Assembly: GCF_032062105.1 (NCBI RefSeq)
Contig: NW_026923961.1
Coordinates: 62,001 to 126,000 of the forward strand
DNA length: 64,000 nt
Direction: 5' to 3'
Origin: Saccostrea cucullata
Taxonomy: Eukaryota
This document shows positions 26,824-39,400 of the stretch, one piece after another (the first letter of the stretch is position 1; every line of letters begins with the position of its first letter). The notes beneath the pieces were generated by a model. That model was not told the DNA's origin. It searched no databases and saw only the letters and a program-made list of their open reading frames with translations. Made by a program: the position numbers and the translations under genes.

Positions 26824-27031
26824 TTAAGTCTTTGTCTATTCCTGTTGTTAATCTTCCATATTATGTAATATTATTCTATTACCCGCTGAATAATGAAGCT
26901 ACGCCCTTCAGCGTAGCAGCAGTCAACAGTGCTTGACGACGGGTGATATTAAAAAAATAGCGACTGCGCAGATTTTATACGCGTACGGTTCACTTTTATA
27001 TGTATTTGTATAAAACATTCAGTATAATATA

Positions 27032-27152
27032 ATAAATATTGCATGTAGTTGAGTGTAACATTGAAAATTTTCACCCCTCGAAAACCATTGTGAACATGGT
27101 TTTCTTGGGGCGAAAATTTTCAATGTTACACTCAACTACATGCAATATTTAT
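27032..27152. repeat. ~120-bp near-perfect palindrome (hairpin-type MITE)
   Basis: ATAAATATTGCATGTAGTTGAGTGTAACATTGAAAATTTTC is mirrored exactly by GAAAATTTTCAATGTTACACTCAACTACATGCAATATTTAT; the inner stem is imperfect. Confidence 0.8.
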
Positions 27153-27369
27153 ATAAAAACAATAATATCAAAATATCTTTTTACAGGTATGAATTTAGTT
27201 TATTGTCAAACCATAAACATGACTCATGACCTGGATAGTAATTATATTTTTATTAAATACAACATAGACTACCATTATAAATATCTACTGATCAGACGTC
27301 AATACATTACAGAAGTACATGATGTAATCAGTTCCCCACACTCAGGGGAACAACAATACTGTAATTTAA

Positions 27370-28175
27370 GGACAGACTAGACGTTCCTTAAGGTCAAGAT
27401 CTAGTAAATGAAAGGTGCCTACAGATTTATCAAATTTGAGAAATAAATTCCTTTATTGATGTTTTACAACTTTAGCTTGGTCAAATAAGGTGTTCGGGGC
27501 AAAATTTGTTGGTAAACAAGATTAAAAACTGTATTTTAAACTGTCATTTTCAACGAAAAATTAAGAAAACCAGTCAGGAATATGGGAGTTTTTTTCATAT
27601 TCGACAGAGAAAATGTATCCAGATTACCTACAGTCTCTCAGAAAACGGTAATTAGTATGTTCGATGCCTCTTCTTTAAATCAATATCAAATTCAATATAG
27701 GTATCCGGTTTACTTTTCATATTAGTTCAAATTGAATGTCAAATTGAATGAATTGAATTTTCTACATAATTCTGCTAAAGCCGTGAAGTACGGGAAAAAG
27801 AAAATTGAAATTGATTATGACGTCATAATGGATCTAGCACCAAAAAAGTAGTCTAAAGTTATTACTAGATCCTGACCTTAATAATAGATAAATTTTTCAA
27901 AGATTTTGTCATTGAAGTATTGCCACTTAAACATGCTTACTCACAAAAAATTGAGGTACCTTACCAGGCATTTCTGCAAGATACCATGGGTAGTTTTCCA
28001 TATGTAATCCTTTTGGGAAGAAAAACAATTTTCCAATTTCAAATGTTTAAGTGTTTGGATTTTGTAAAAAAGTTTAGAAACTGGTTTAAAAATCAGAATA
28101 TTATTAAGATTTTGAATATTTTTCTTACATTACGAAGATATACAAAACAAATATTAAGGAACGTCTCGTCTGACC
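27370..28175. mobile_element. TTAA-specific non-autonomous DNA transposon (Kolobok-like), outer element
   Basis: TTAA|GGACAGACTAGACGTTCCTTAA ... TTAAGGAACGTCTCGTCTGACC|TTAA (TIRs with 2 mismatches; GG..CC termini). Confidence 0.7.
27392..27877. mobile_element. TTAA-specific MITE (Kolobok-like) nested in the left TIR of the outer element
   Basis: TTAA|GGTCAAGATCTAGTAA ... TTACTAGATCCTGACC|TTAA. Confidence 0.75.
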
Positions 28176-30099
28176 TTAATTGGTTGTCAATATCTAAATC
28201 GAGGAACAACATAAGAGTTGAAACCAGACGGATACCATTGGCTGCTGACCTTCTTTTTAACCAATAAAACAACTTTTTTTTTTTACCTTTCTTCGACTAA
28301 TTTATCTTTAACCCATATCGCTATAGGACTCCACCTTTCTATAAAATACGCGATACGTCACTATAAATACAAGCATTTCTGCATGCTCTGTTGTTTTTCA
28401 CACAAAAGATTGTTTTTTAGTCTCGTTTTGACAAACTATATTCATCAAGACCTTGGTGCGAGGTAAAGACAATGTCTAATGGCCGTACGGGGACTATAAA
28501 TAGAAAGAGATGACCAACTATAGCTCTCCGCCAAGGTCTCGGAGCGACGATTAATGAGGAGTCCGTCCCTTTGTTTTTATTCCTTTACATAACCTGGAGC
28601 TATATATATCTAGGTGTCCGTCAGCGGCTCCTTACCGTAATTTGGATGGACCTTTCTTTTTCACTCAGTTGAAACAACTGACCAAATGAAAGGAATGGGA
28701 TAGAAAAAAAAACACATCAAGCACAAATTTTAAATTGATTCATTCGCAAAACATAATATGCACAAGGTAAAATACATTTTAATTTATTAAGTTAAGTTTG
28801 CGTGAAAGAAGTCTACAGGAAACATTGTTTTTAAGAAAATCAGATTTGACCAGTTTAATATGGTGTTGTCAAAGAACTGAGCAAAAAAAGTATACAGACT
28901 AGTCTTTCAGCTTTAATTTACCTGTGCCTATAGCTAATATACCGGTATTTTGTAAATGATATCGGTATATGATCATTTTACAGCGCATATTGTGGTCAGC
29001 TGCTTGCTCCCCTGGCTTTACCGCCTCAAGTGTACTGACCAAAGCATTGTTTGGTTTCTATCAGTGACCGTCTTGTTTAAATGTCTGGCCACATCGTGTT
29101 GTCTAGACTCGCGAACGTTTTTACTGGACAAAACCATCTTAACCCATTACATCAGAGAGGTACGGTAAAGGGTAAATCTCCTGTTCTGCCACTGGGTGAA
29201 AGAGTATTTTCCTCTTTCTTTTTAAATACACAAAACTTCCTCTTTCTCTAAAAACAAGCAGCTTACGATATTAATAATTTCCTACCCTGTTTAACGGAAA
29301 TCGTTACAGATTTCTCCACACTTTAACTGAAAACTGACCCCTCCCGCGCCCCGGTCAATTTGTCAGACTGACCTAAATAAGACATTACTTCACCAACACC
29401 AGACCTGAGTAGAACAATAAACTGAACTGTTAGGGATTCAAAGGGCAAAATAACATTTAAAAAATGACGTAGTGTTTTGAACAAAGTTGCGTAAGAACTG
29501 ACCTGGCGTAAAGAGACAGAAAGGTCACATTAACCAGATCACGAGAAGTTGTGATCGAGGGGTGGTCAGGTAACAGCGATAGTGTGAGGGAGGGTGGTGA
29601 GGTATAATGAGTTAGGTGTGAGGGAGGATGGCCGAGTAACGAAGTGGGTGAGAGAGGGGCGTTTAACCAGACATCAACAAAAAATTAAAACCATAATTCA
29701 CGCCTACTTAAAGGAAAGTCTTGCAATCAAAAATATATATCGAGCCATGAAAATCAATTATTCATATCGTCATTATGAACTATTAAGTAAGTGCGGTTCT
29801 AAAAACTTATTATTTTTTTCCTAATTTTAGAAAGCTGTATTACAAGGCTGATAAGATTATTGAGTCGCTTTCTGCGAAATAGGTTCGAAATATTTTAACT
29901 TTTGGATTGTGTCATCCACTGTATATTTCGTTTACTAGTATTCTATCTTACGATAAAGGGCAGATCACTCTAACTGCATAAAAGATCTCAATTTGAAGTG
30001 AGAAATATCCATGGTTTAAGGTGAATTAAGAAAGTGACAAATTAAAACTAAATTATGGCATCATATTAATATGTCAATTAATTTTTTTGTTCCAGAAGT

Positions 30100-32240
30100 G
30101 AAAAAAGATTAGATGGGTTACATGATCATTACGTAATGGCCCCTGCCGACAAAGCAGGTAACAACATTGTCTTCGTTTGTAAAGCTCACATTGTCTTCGT
30201 TTGTAAGGCTCATTTAATTCTACAAATGGTAATCCTACTTACGTATACTCATACTTCCCTTTCTAAACAAGAAATTCTTCAAATATTTTAATATTCCAAA
30301 ATGAATTTGAACTACCGTGTATATATTAGATTCGAAAACGTCATAAAAATCCTTACAAACAGATACATTGCGGGTTCCAGTATAAATGTTCAACCAAGCC
30401 TCTTTCGTTACTCCTCACTAAGATATTGACAGCAGTAAAGGAAAAACTTCAAGAGTACTGTGCAACAATATATTCAAGAAGTGGTGTGAATCAGATGTGG
30501 ATACTCAAAAATTCCAAAGAACTTTTGGACAATTTGAAATCACAAGAATTTTCCAAAATCAACCGCTTAAAAACTTACGACTTTCAACTTTATACACAAC
30601 CATTCCCCACGATAAATTAAAGTCCAGGCTTTTTGATATCATTGACAGCTGCTTTTTCAATAAAAATGGAACTCGTAAATTTACTTACCTGCTCATTGGT
30701 CATTTGCAAAATAAATAATTTTTTGTTAAAACAAATTCTGAATGCACACACAGGTACTCTGAAGTTGAAGATGATTGAGCTTCTGATTGACAATATCTTT
30801 GTGGTTTTTGGAGACCAGGTATTCCAACAATCTATTGGAATTCCAATGGGTACTAATTGCACTCCGCTATAAGCAGACCTATTTTTATATTCATATGAAG
30901 CAGAATTTGTGCAAAATGTAATGCTTGAAAAAAAAAAACACTTGCTGTGACCTTCAACCCGACATTTAGATATATAACACAAGTGAACATGTGATGAAAA
31001 TTTATTAAACGAAAGTAAAGCAAGAAAAAAGTAAAAGTTTGTATTTTGAAAAATAAATCAAGTGAAGTCAAATAAAACAAAGACGAGTTGTAACGCTCAC
31101 ACACGGACACACACACAAACGTTTTCGTAACTCGGAATAGTCCAGAGAATAACTATATTTTTCTTGATGACGGAATGTCCAGTGCATCTTATTTTCACGT
31201 CCGGGATTGTCCACGGCGGATCTAAAACTAACTCTCTCACACAACATACGGGATTCACTCAAACTTCAATTAACACATTTACGCAATTATCACACATACA
31301 AGTCGGACGCTCTTTGAGGTAGAGGATTGACACTAATTCCTTAAATAAATATTGAGTGACAAATTCCTTTTTACCGTCTAAACATTAATTGACTGATAAA
31401 TAATTTTCGACATATTTAAAAACAGGCATTAAAAATAATTCTTTTTATAAATTAAAATTCTGTTACATTTTAAATAAATTTGTTAAAATTTACTTTGTGA
31501 CAATTAGTTAGTTTTAAATTCTCTGAATTCTAAAACTTTAATGTAACATATATCGACGACGTATTGTCAATAAATAATGGTCAATTCCATTCCTACGTAG
31601 ATACTATATATCCTGATGAGCTTGAGATAAAAGATACCACAGAGCCTGACACATCTGTTTCATACTTGGATATTTTACTTGAAAAAGACGTTAATGGTAA
31701 CCTAACAACCAAACTATATTTTAAACGTGATGACTAACTTTTCTATTGTCAACTTCCCTTACTTATGCAGCAATATACCTTCATCACTTGCATACAGAGT
31801 CTACATATCTCAGTTGATTCGATACGCAAGAGAATGCTCTAGACATGAACAATTTCTAAAATGAGGTAAATTATTAACAAGCAAGTTGATGAAACAAGAA
31901 TATCAATAGTCTCGTTTAAAGTCATTGCTTCGTAAAATTTTTGATCGCTACAATGACCTTATCAGCAAATACAATTTATAATTGAGACAAATGCTGACTG
32001 ACGTTTTTCATACTTATTGTTAGTCCATTATTTATACACTGAATTGACGACGGATTTTCCCGTGATTTCCCGATCATGACAAGGAGCACACGGCGGGTGT
32101 GACCGGTCAGTAGGGGATGCTCACTCCATGGCACCTAATCCCACCTCTGATGTTTTGAAGGTCCTTGTTTGCTCTGCTCCAATTTTGTATTGTTTTATGG
32201 ACTTTGATTTTGAATATTGTTCGTTATCTCCATATCCGTC
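30100..32240 (+). mobile_element. Decayed, 5'-truncated Penelope-like retroelement (RT pseudogene plus 3' UTR), possibly Naiad type
   Basis: Motifs across frameshifts: APADKAGNNIVFVCK, YDF-STLYTTIPHDKLKSRL, FQQSIGIPMGTNC, ADLFLYSYEAEF, TFRY|IDDVLSINN, YPDELEIKDTT, SYLDI, VNFPYLCSNIPSS, SQLIRYAR. No GIY-YIG motif after the RT. Confidence 0.8.
30975..31548. mobile_element. ~575-bp insertion (probable solo LTR) splitting the RT YIDD motif
   Basis: Host codons ..AGA TAT ATC GAC GAC.. are split; TATA occurs on both sides; the insert ends ..ATGTAACA; the left terminus lacks a clean TG. Confidence 0.55.
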
Positions 32241-34189
32241 CATACTCAAGGTCGTGTCTTGAAGGTTATAGTATTCGGACTTAATGTAAGATTTGGCTAC
32301 CCTACATCACCCAATCCAAGGTCAGCTTATGATTAACTGGAGTAATTATATTGATGAATTAGTATATATTACGGCCAACTTCGTGATATGTGCGATGAAT
32401 ATTTTAATATGACTGAATGATAATTGAGATAATCATGACTCAGTGATGATTTTGTTGAAGATTCATTGACGACTGAGGTGAATGTCATGGTGGAATTGTT
32501 CATTTTAGTCTTGGTGTTATTCGAATTGAATAAATTTTAAGGTACCCCTCCATCTGTTCATTTATTCCTTATTAGCTTGTAATTTTCCAAAAGAATTAAA
32601 AATATAAGCAAAAAAGAAATTATAATTTGATCATGCGGCCTACCTTGCTGGACAGAAAGTACGTTTTCATTTGAAAGTTTGATAGACGAACAATAAACTT
32701 TATTCCAGCGAGAGTTATCTCTCTTATCAGGCGATTGATCAACCTTGAAACTGAATATAATGATTGGGTTGAATAGGCTGAAGATTTAATGATGATTAGG
32801 AAGATGATTTTATAGACTGAGAAAAAGAGATGATTTTTTAAGACACGGAGATGATTGAAATGATTACAACTGTTTTAAATTCAGTGATGGTTAAAGCAAT
32901 ATGAGCTGCATGGTTGGCATCGGGAAAAATATTTCAATTTTGTAAATAACTATTTTCAATGACAGGAAAATAGAACATTTATAAACTTCTTTTGTTCATA
33001 TTGCTATGGAAGAACTTTTTATAAGCTTTGATCGAAACAAAATTGAATTATTATCGTCCTGTACAATTATGATTTCTTATATAATACTGTATATATATTT
33101 GGTTGTACAGAAATATTTCTTCTGAAACATTTTTGAAATCTATTTTTGTCTTATTGATCGTAAGGGTATAGATTACATACAACGTTAACAGATTTATCAT
33201 AATTACACATTTTAACAGCAAAATAAAATTCTCAAAAATGCAGCTCATATTTCTTTAAGAATACAATTCAGAAAACTCCATGTCGAACAAGGTTACATGT
33301 TAGACTCACTGGTGATTATGATAATGATGTTAATGACTCCGTGTGGTCCGACAAAAATAGTTGAGAGGATTTTGTTGAAGTTTCAGTGATGACATTTTTA
33401 TGTTAAAAGTTGATGAAAGATTGAGGTCGTTAGGTTTCATGTGTTAAGTAATTTGAATATGGATGGAAGATTGAAATGAACATGTTAAAAATGTCGAAGC
33501 TTCAGGGATCAAATGATACAGGCAGTGATGGTGGGAATAATTAGATCTAAGACTCAGTGATATTTAACACAATTCTGCTCTAGTTTAAAGGTCTTCAATC
33601 CCTAATAGGAAGAAATTCAATGAAATAGAAAACATAACAGATATGTAGGCATTGAATACTCAGTTTATATATATACATACTTCCCATTTATTACTATAAG
33701 TATGTTTAGTTGAATGTGTCCTAATTAATGACCTTGAATTTGGTAAGAGTTATCTTCCCTTTTTTAATTAATAAAAGAAAACAATAAAAAATTTGGCTGG
33801 TAAAAAATTGTTTTCAATTATCATGCTATTTTTAATATTTCAATACATCTTTCCACCACAGGATTTATTGATATTCAAATTATTTGAATTTTTATTTAAA
33901 AAAAACCGCTTTTCCCCATAGACTTCAATGCAATCTTTGTTAATTAACTACTGCTTAATTAATGAACTTTTTGAAAATTACTCGTGGGCAATCCTTTTTC
34001 ACTATAAAATGCTTTAATATAATATCAGAGTATTGTGTACTTGACGGACATTTAAGGGTAGAGTATTTGGTCCCATTAGGGATTGAAATCCTTAATGCTA
34101 ACCGAAACTTGTACAGCGATATGTTATTCACTGGCCAATGATTGTATTAAATCAATGTTTTGATTTCGATGATTTAATACACGAAAGAT

Positions 34190-34793
34190 ACATTAGTGAC
34201 TCTGGTAATGATTTAGAATAATTATGTTGATGTGTTATGATGATTTAGAATGATTATGTTGATGTGTTGTTGATGATTTAGAATGATTATAATTATATTT
34301 AAGTGATGGTTGAAAAGGATTATGTTGTTGTGTCGCTGAAGATATAGAAAATACATGGTTACTGTCTAGAAATTTAAGTGATATTTGGGCGAGGGTAAGA
34401 AAACGTGATAGAGGACGAGGCTTGCCGAGCCTTCTTACGTTTTCGACCCAATCCTATTGGTAATGATGAATGATTATGTAGACGTGTTGATGACGATTTA
34501 GAATAATTATGTTGATGTGTTAGTGAAGATTTTAAATGTTAGAATGATTATGTTGATGTGTTGGTGATTTAGAATGATTATTTTGATGTGTTGGTGATGA
34601 TATAGAATGATTATTTTGATGTGTTGGAGATAATATAGAATAATTATGCTGATGTGTTGGTGATAATTTAGAATGATTATGTTGATGTGTTGGTGATTTA
34701 GAATGATTATGTTGATGTGTTGGTGATGATATAGAATGATTATTTTGATGTGTTGGTGATGATTTAGAATGGTTATGTTGATGTGTTGGAGAT
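34190..34793. repeat. 30/33-bp minisatellite (left part; target of the gypsy insertion)
   Basis: Unit TGATGATTTAGAATGATTATGTTGATGTGTTGG. Confidence 0.85.
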
Positions 34794-36386
34794 TGTCACA
34801 ACTGACCTCAAGTTGTGATGGATTCGTTAAATCAGAATTTACAAACCAAAATAAATAATATTTTGTAAGACCTCCTGTATACCAAGAAACAACAAGATTT
34901 ATAAAAATTAACAATAAATTTATCTACATATGTACAATAAACATGAAAACGGCCAAAAGTTCAATCATGGTCATCACTGAACAGATTCACACTTCACACC
35001 ACGTCGCAATGTATGGTCCACCATATTGTCCCTTCCGGTCCACCATATCCCAAAAGTATCCTCACCATGTACACCAATCCTCCCGTCCAGAACAAAAGCT
35101 TAATATACAATTTTGGTCACCTACAATTTTCATAGGGTTTTCTAATAAAATGTTCGAAACACATATCTGTTCAATATACTAGATTTTACAAACAAATAAC
35201 GAAAGAAAACATGTATTTGCCGTTTAACAAGTAAATGAATTAGAGCGTAAATATCTATATTCTCGCTATATTGCTTACAGTTTTACATAGAAAATTGCTC
35301 TTTAAAGCTAACAACAAAAATATTGTAAAGTATAAAAACTTACTGAGCTGTGGCATTTTATACATAAAAACCATATCTGTCATGGATTTGCTATTCTTCA
35401 AAGAATTTTCCCATATATTTCTATGTAAAAGGTCTTGCTCTCAACGCCGCTACAAAACATCCCTGAATCCCAAGATCACACAGCAGGGGAAACAGCTATA
35501 TAAAACACACCCAAGTTCACACAGCATGGGTTATATAAATGCACACCCAAGATCACTAAGCATGGGTAAAGCATAACTCACAGCGAAAATTTTTAAAGAA
35601 CCTCATCTGACACACACTAGCCAACACCCAGTATAAATAACTGACCAAACTACTCAAACGGATGCTTCCATATAAATTTGATGAATTAGTATACGTTGAT
35701 AAAAATAGAACAAATACAACTCAGTGACCAATAGTGCGTAAATGAAATAAACGATAACTCCTAACGCCCAAAATAAAGATACAATGAAACGCATTGAAGT
35801 GGTAAAATTTTCCGTTCGAATGGAAGGTTTTGAGCTATCTTTAGAACGTTTATTGTCATCTTATGACACGCCCATTTCTTTAGAAATGGACAAATACTGT
35901 CAATTTGTTTATTCGAATACCTGTAGAACAGGTTTCCATAAATATAATAGCCAATGAAATTGTCGGTCTAAATAAACACCGAGTAAACACGTGTTCGACC
36001 GAAACATGTGTTGTGGTAACATCAGTAGACATGATAAGTTCAAAAATATGTACATATGCGTTGCAATTTGAGTTTTACAGAAGCAGGGAGTCTCTAACTC
36101 TCTCTTCTAATTTTTAAAGCTTCATTTTACAGTGTAACTCATATTGCTTTTCATAAAAACCAGATTGGAGTGTCCTAAAACATTGAATTGACACATATTT
36201 TCACACTCGTTATATAAATGCACAAAATATGGGCGTGTCATTATGTTGTAACTGACGTTCAAAACATGACCCAGAATGTTTCGTCCACACGGAAAATTTT
36301 ACCACTTCAATGCACTTCATTGTAATTCTTACCAAATCCTGTACAATAAGCTAATATTAAACATTGACACAATGTCACTTGTGACA
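34794..36386 (-). repeat. 3' LTR (1593 bp including a MITE and three replacement patches)
   Basis: Direct repeat of 41124-42100 with about five substitutions outside the indels. Confidence 0.95.
35782..36322. mobile_element. Tc1/mariner-type MITE (TA TSD) in the 3' LTR
   Basis: TA|CAATGAAACGCATTGAAGTGGTAAAATTTTCCG ... CGGAAAATTTTACCACTTCAATGCACTTCATTG|TA; the empty site AAGATAACTC is present in the 5' LTR. Confidence 0.9.
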
Positions 36387-36400
36387 ATACCTCCCTTCTT
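36387..36400 (-). promoter_or_regulatory. Polypurine tract
   Basis: Minus-strand AAGAAGGGAGGTAT immediately before the 3' LTR. Confidence 0.85.
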
Positions 36401-36471
36401 AAGACACAAAATGCAATTTTGTGACATAAATGAAAAACTATGTACACAACAAAGTCTTTATGAACAAGAAC

Positions 36472-39400
36472 TTACTCAGGAACAACACGACTGAGAAAAT
36501 CAGCTCCAATGTTATCTACACCTCTAATAACTTCAGTTCTAAAGTTGAACGCTTGTAGAAAAAGAGACCATCTCATCAATTTGCTGTTTGAAACTTTAGT
36601 CTTTTGTAAATGAAGTAGTGATCTATGATCTGTCTCCACAACAAACGCTCTTCCATACAAGTAAGACTGAAATTTCTGTATAGCCCATACAACTGCAAGA
36701 CACTCTTTCTCCACAACCGAATAACGTTGTTCTCTGTCTAGCAGCTTCCGGCTTGCATACGCAACTGGAAATGTACGTCCATCATGCTTCTGCATCAGCA
36801 CTGCACCAACTCCATGATTAGATGCATCAGTTCTTAAGATGAATGGCTTCGTCAAATCTGGTAATCTGAGAATTGGGCTGTATAGCAACATGGATTTTAA
36901 ACTCTTAAATGAATTATCATGTTCTTGTTTCCAGTCAAATTTGTTTGGAACACCTTTCTTGGTTAAGTCAGTTAAAGGAGCAGCAATAGAGGAAAAGTTT
37001 GGCACAAATTTTCTATAATAGCCAATCAAACCAAGGAAAGATCTAACCTGCTTCTTTGTCTCTGGCCTTGGTGCTTCTTGGATAGCTCTTAACTTCTTGT
37101 TGGTTGGCTGTAAGGTTCCTCCTCCAATAACATGACCCAAGTACTCAAGTTTCGTCTGCGCTAGCTCACATTTAGATGGTTTTGCTATTAATTGCGCTCT
37201 CTGAAGTCTCTCCAGCACTTTTCTCAGTTCTGTAATATGTTCTTCAAAAGTTTCTGTATGAATGAGAATGTCATCAACAAAACTATCAGTATGCTCTAAA
37301 CCTTTGAGAATTTTCCTCATTAGCCTGTTAAAAGTAGCTGGGCTATTCTTCATACCGAAGGGCATTACTTTAAATCTGTACAAACCATCTGGTGTTAAAA
37401 ATGATGTTAAATCTCTGTCTTCTTCTCTCATCGGAATCTGCCAATAACCCTTACATAAATCAAGCTTAGAAAAGAAACGACTATTGCTTATTTTAGTCAT
37501 GATTTCATCTGGATCTGGCATTGGTTCTGGATCAAAAATCGTTACCTTATTCAAGTTACGAAAATCCACACATATTCTCTGGCTACCATCGGACTTCTTT
37601 GCCACGACAATCGAACTAGCATACGGTGATTCTGATGGTTCGATGATATCCATGTCAATCATATGCTGTATTTCTTCTCGGACTGCACTTCTGACTGCAT
37701 ACGGTATCTGATATGGTCTGTTTCTGATTGGTTCTTTGGTAGTGAGATGAACTTCATGCTGGATAACATTCGTTCTACCAGGTAGATCTGTTAAAACTTC
37801 CTGAAATTCATGTAAGACATCATTAATGGATTCAAGCTGATCTGATGACAGTGAATGATTTACCTTAACATCTGTGAATGATTCTGTTGCCTTCATTGGA
37901 AGAAGATGTAACAAATGTTCATTACTGGAGTCCTCTGTTTCCTCCGATTCCAAAACGACACAAGAGGCTAAAGTTGTTGGCGAGTCTGTATTCCTTTCCT
38001 CTCGAACATTGTATTTCTTCAATAAATTTGCATGAAACAAACGAATATGTCCATTCATATCTATCTGGTAATCAGTTTGTCCTTTTCTATCAACTACTTT
38101 GAAAGGTCCTTTCCACTGCATTAAAAGTTTGTTATGGTCTGTTGGAAGCAAAAGAAGAACGAAATCACCAACCTTGAAAGATCTCGGCTTTGTTCTTTTA
38201 TCGTACTGTTTCTTGTGATAATCTTTGGACTTCTGAAGTTCTCTCTGAGCCAGCTCACACGTTCTTGCTAGTCGCTCCTTAAGGTCAAGCACATACTGGT
38301 AAGTAGTTTTCACTTCCGGGTCCTTCTCCTCCTTCGTCCACAGTTCTTTCAAAACTTTCATAGGTCCCCTAACATTACGTGCATAAACTAGATCAAATGG
38401 AGAAAATTTAGTGCTTTCTTGTGGAACTTCTCGATAAGCAAATAACAATGCTGGTAAATATCTATCCCAGTCTTTTGGTCTTTCAAAACTCATTTTCCTT
38501 AACATTGACTTCAAAGTACCATTGAACTTTTCTACTAGTCCATTACATGCTGGATGGTATGGAGTTGTTACTAATTGCTTAAATGATAAAAGTCGACCCA
38601 CCTCTTTCATGATGTTGGAGGTAAATTGCGTACCCATGTCCGACAGAACTTCTTTTGGAATGCCAACTCTGCTGAATATCTCTACCAACGCTTCTGCCAC
38701 CGTCTCTGTATCGATGTTCTTCAATGCAACCGCCTCTGGATACCTAGTACTGTAATCTACAACAGTCAAAATATATCTATTGCCTTTGTCAGTAATTGGA
38801 GAAAGCGGACCTACCAAATCTACGGCTACCCGTTCAAATGGTGTATCAATAAGTGGCATTTTCTCCAACGGAACCTTCGTCACTTTGCCTTTAGGAAATG
38901 TTCTTTGGCATATGTCACATGATTGGCAATATCTCGTCACGTCACCCTGGATTCCAGGCCAATAGAAATTCGACATGATACGGTCTAGAGTTTTCTTTGT
39001 ACCAAGATGTCCGCCTAGGATACTGTCGTGCGCAATCATCATAACTTTCTGTCGCAAAGGTTCTGGAACAAGAAGTTGTTTATACAGTTTTTCATCACTA
39101 ACCTTTCTTGAATGATAATGTCTGTACAACAGTCCTCTTTCAACACTAAACCATGTCTCTATATTTTCACCAATGTTCTTCTTTCTGCCAGTCGCTGCAT
39201 GCTCACGATACACTTTCAAGGAAGAATCATCCATCTGCAGTTGTTTCATCAGATCAATTGTCATATCAGTATCCACTAAATCTGTAACTTTTAGCTTTTT
39301 CATACCTTTCTCTTCTTTTTTCTTTTGATTCCTTGTCTGTACTGCTTGAAGAACTTGACTACACTCTTCTCTAACGTCTTTTCTACACCACTGTGGATCA

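Noticed and set aside
28480-29700. CpG-richer block with possible splice sites and 70-76-aa ORFs
   Set aside because: No recognisable protein similarity or coherent exon chain.
34943-35182. 79-aa ORF present in both LTRs
   Set aside because: The duplication simply reflects LTR identity; it is antisense to the element and has no motifs.
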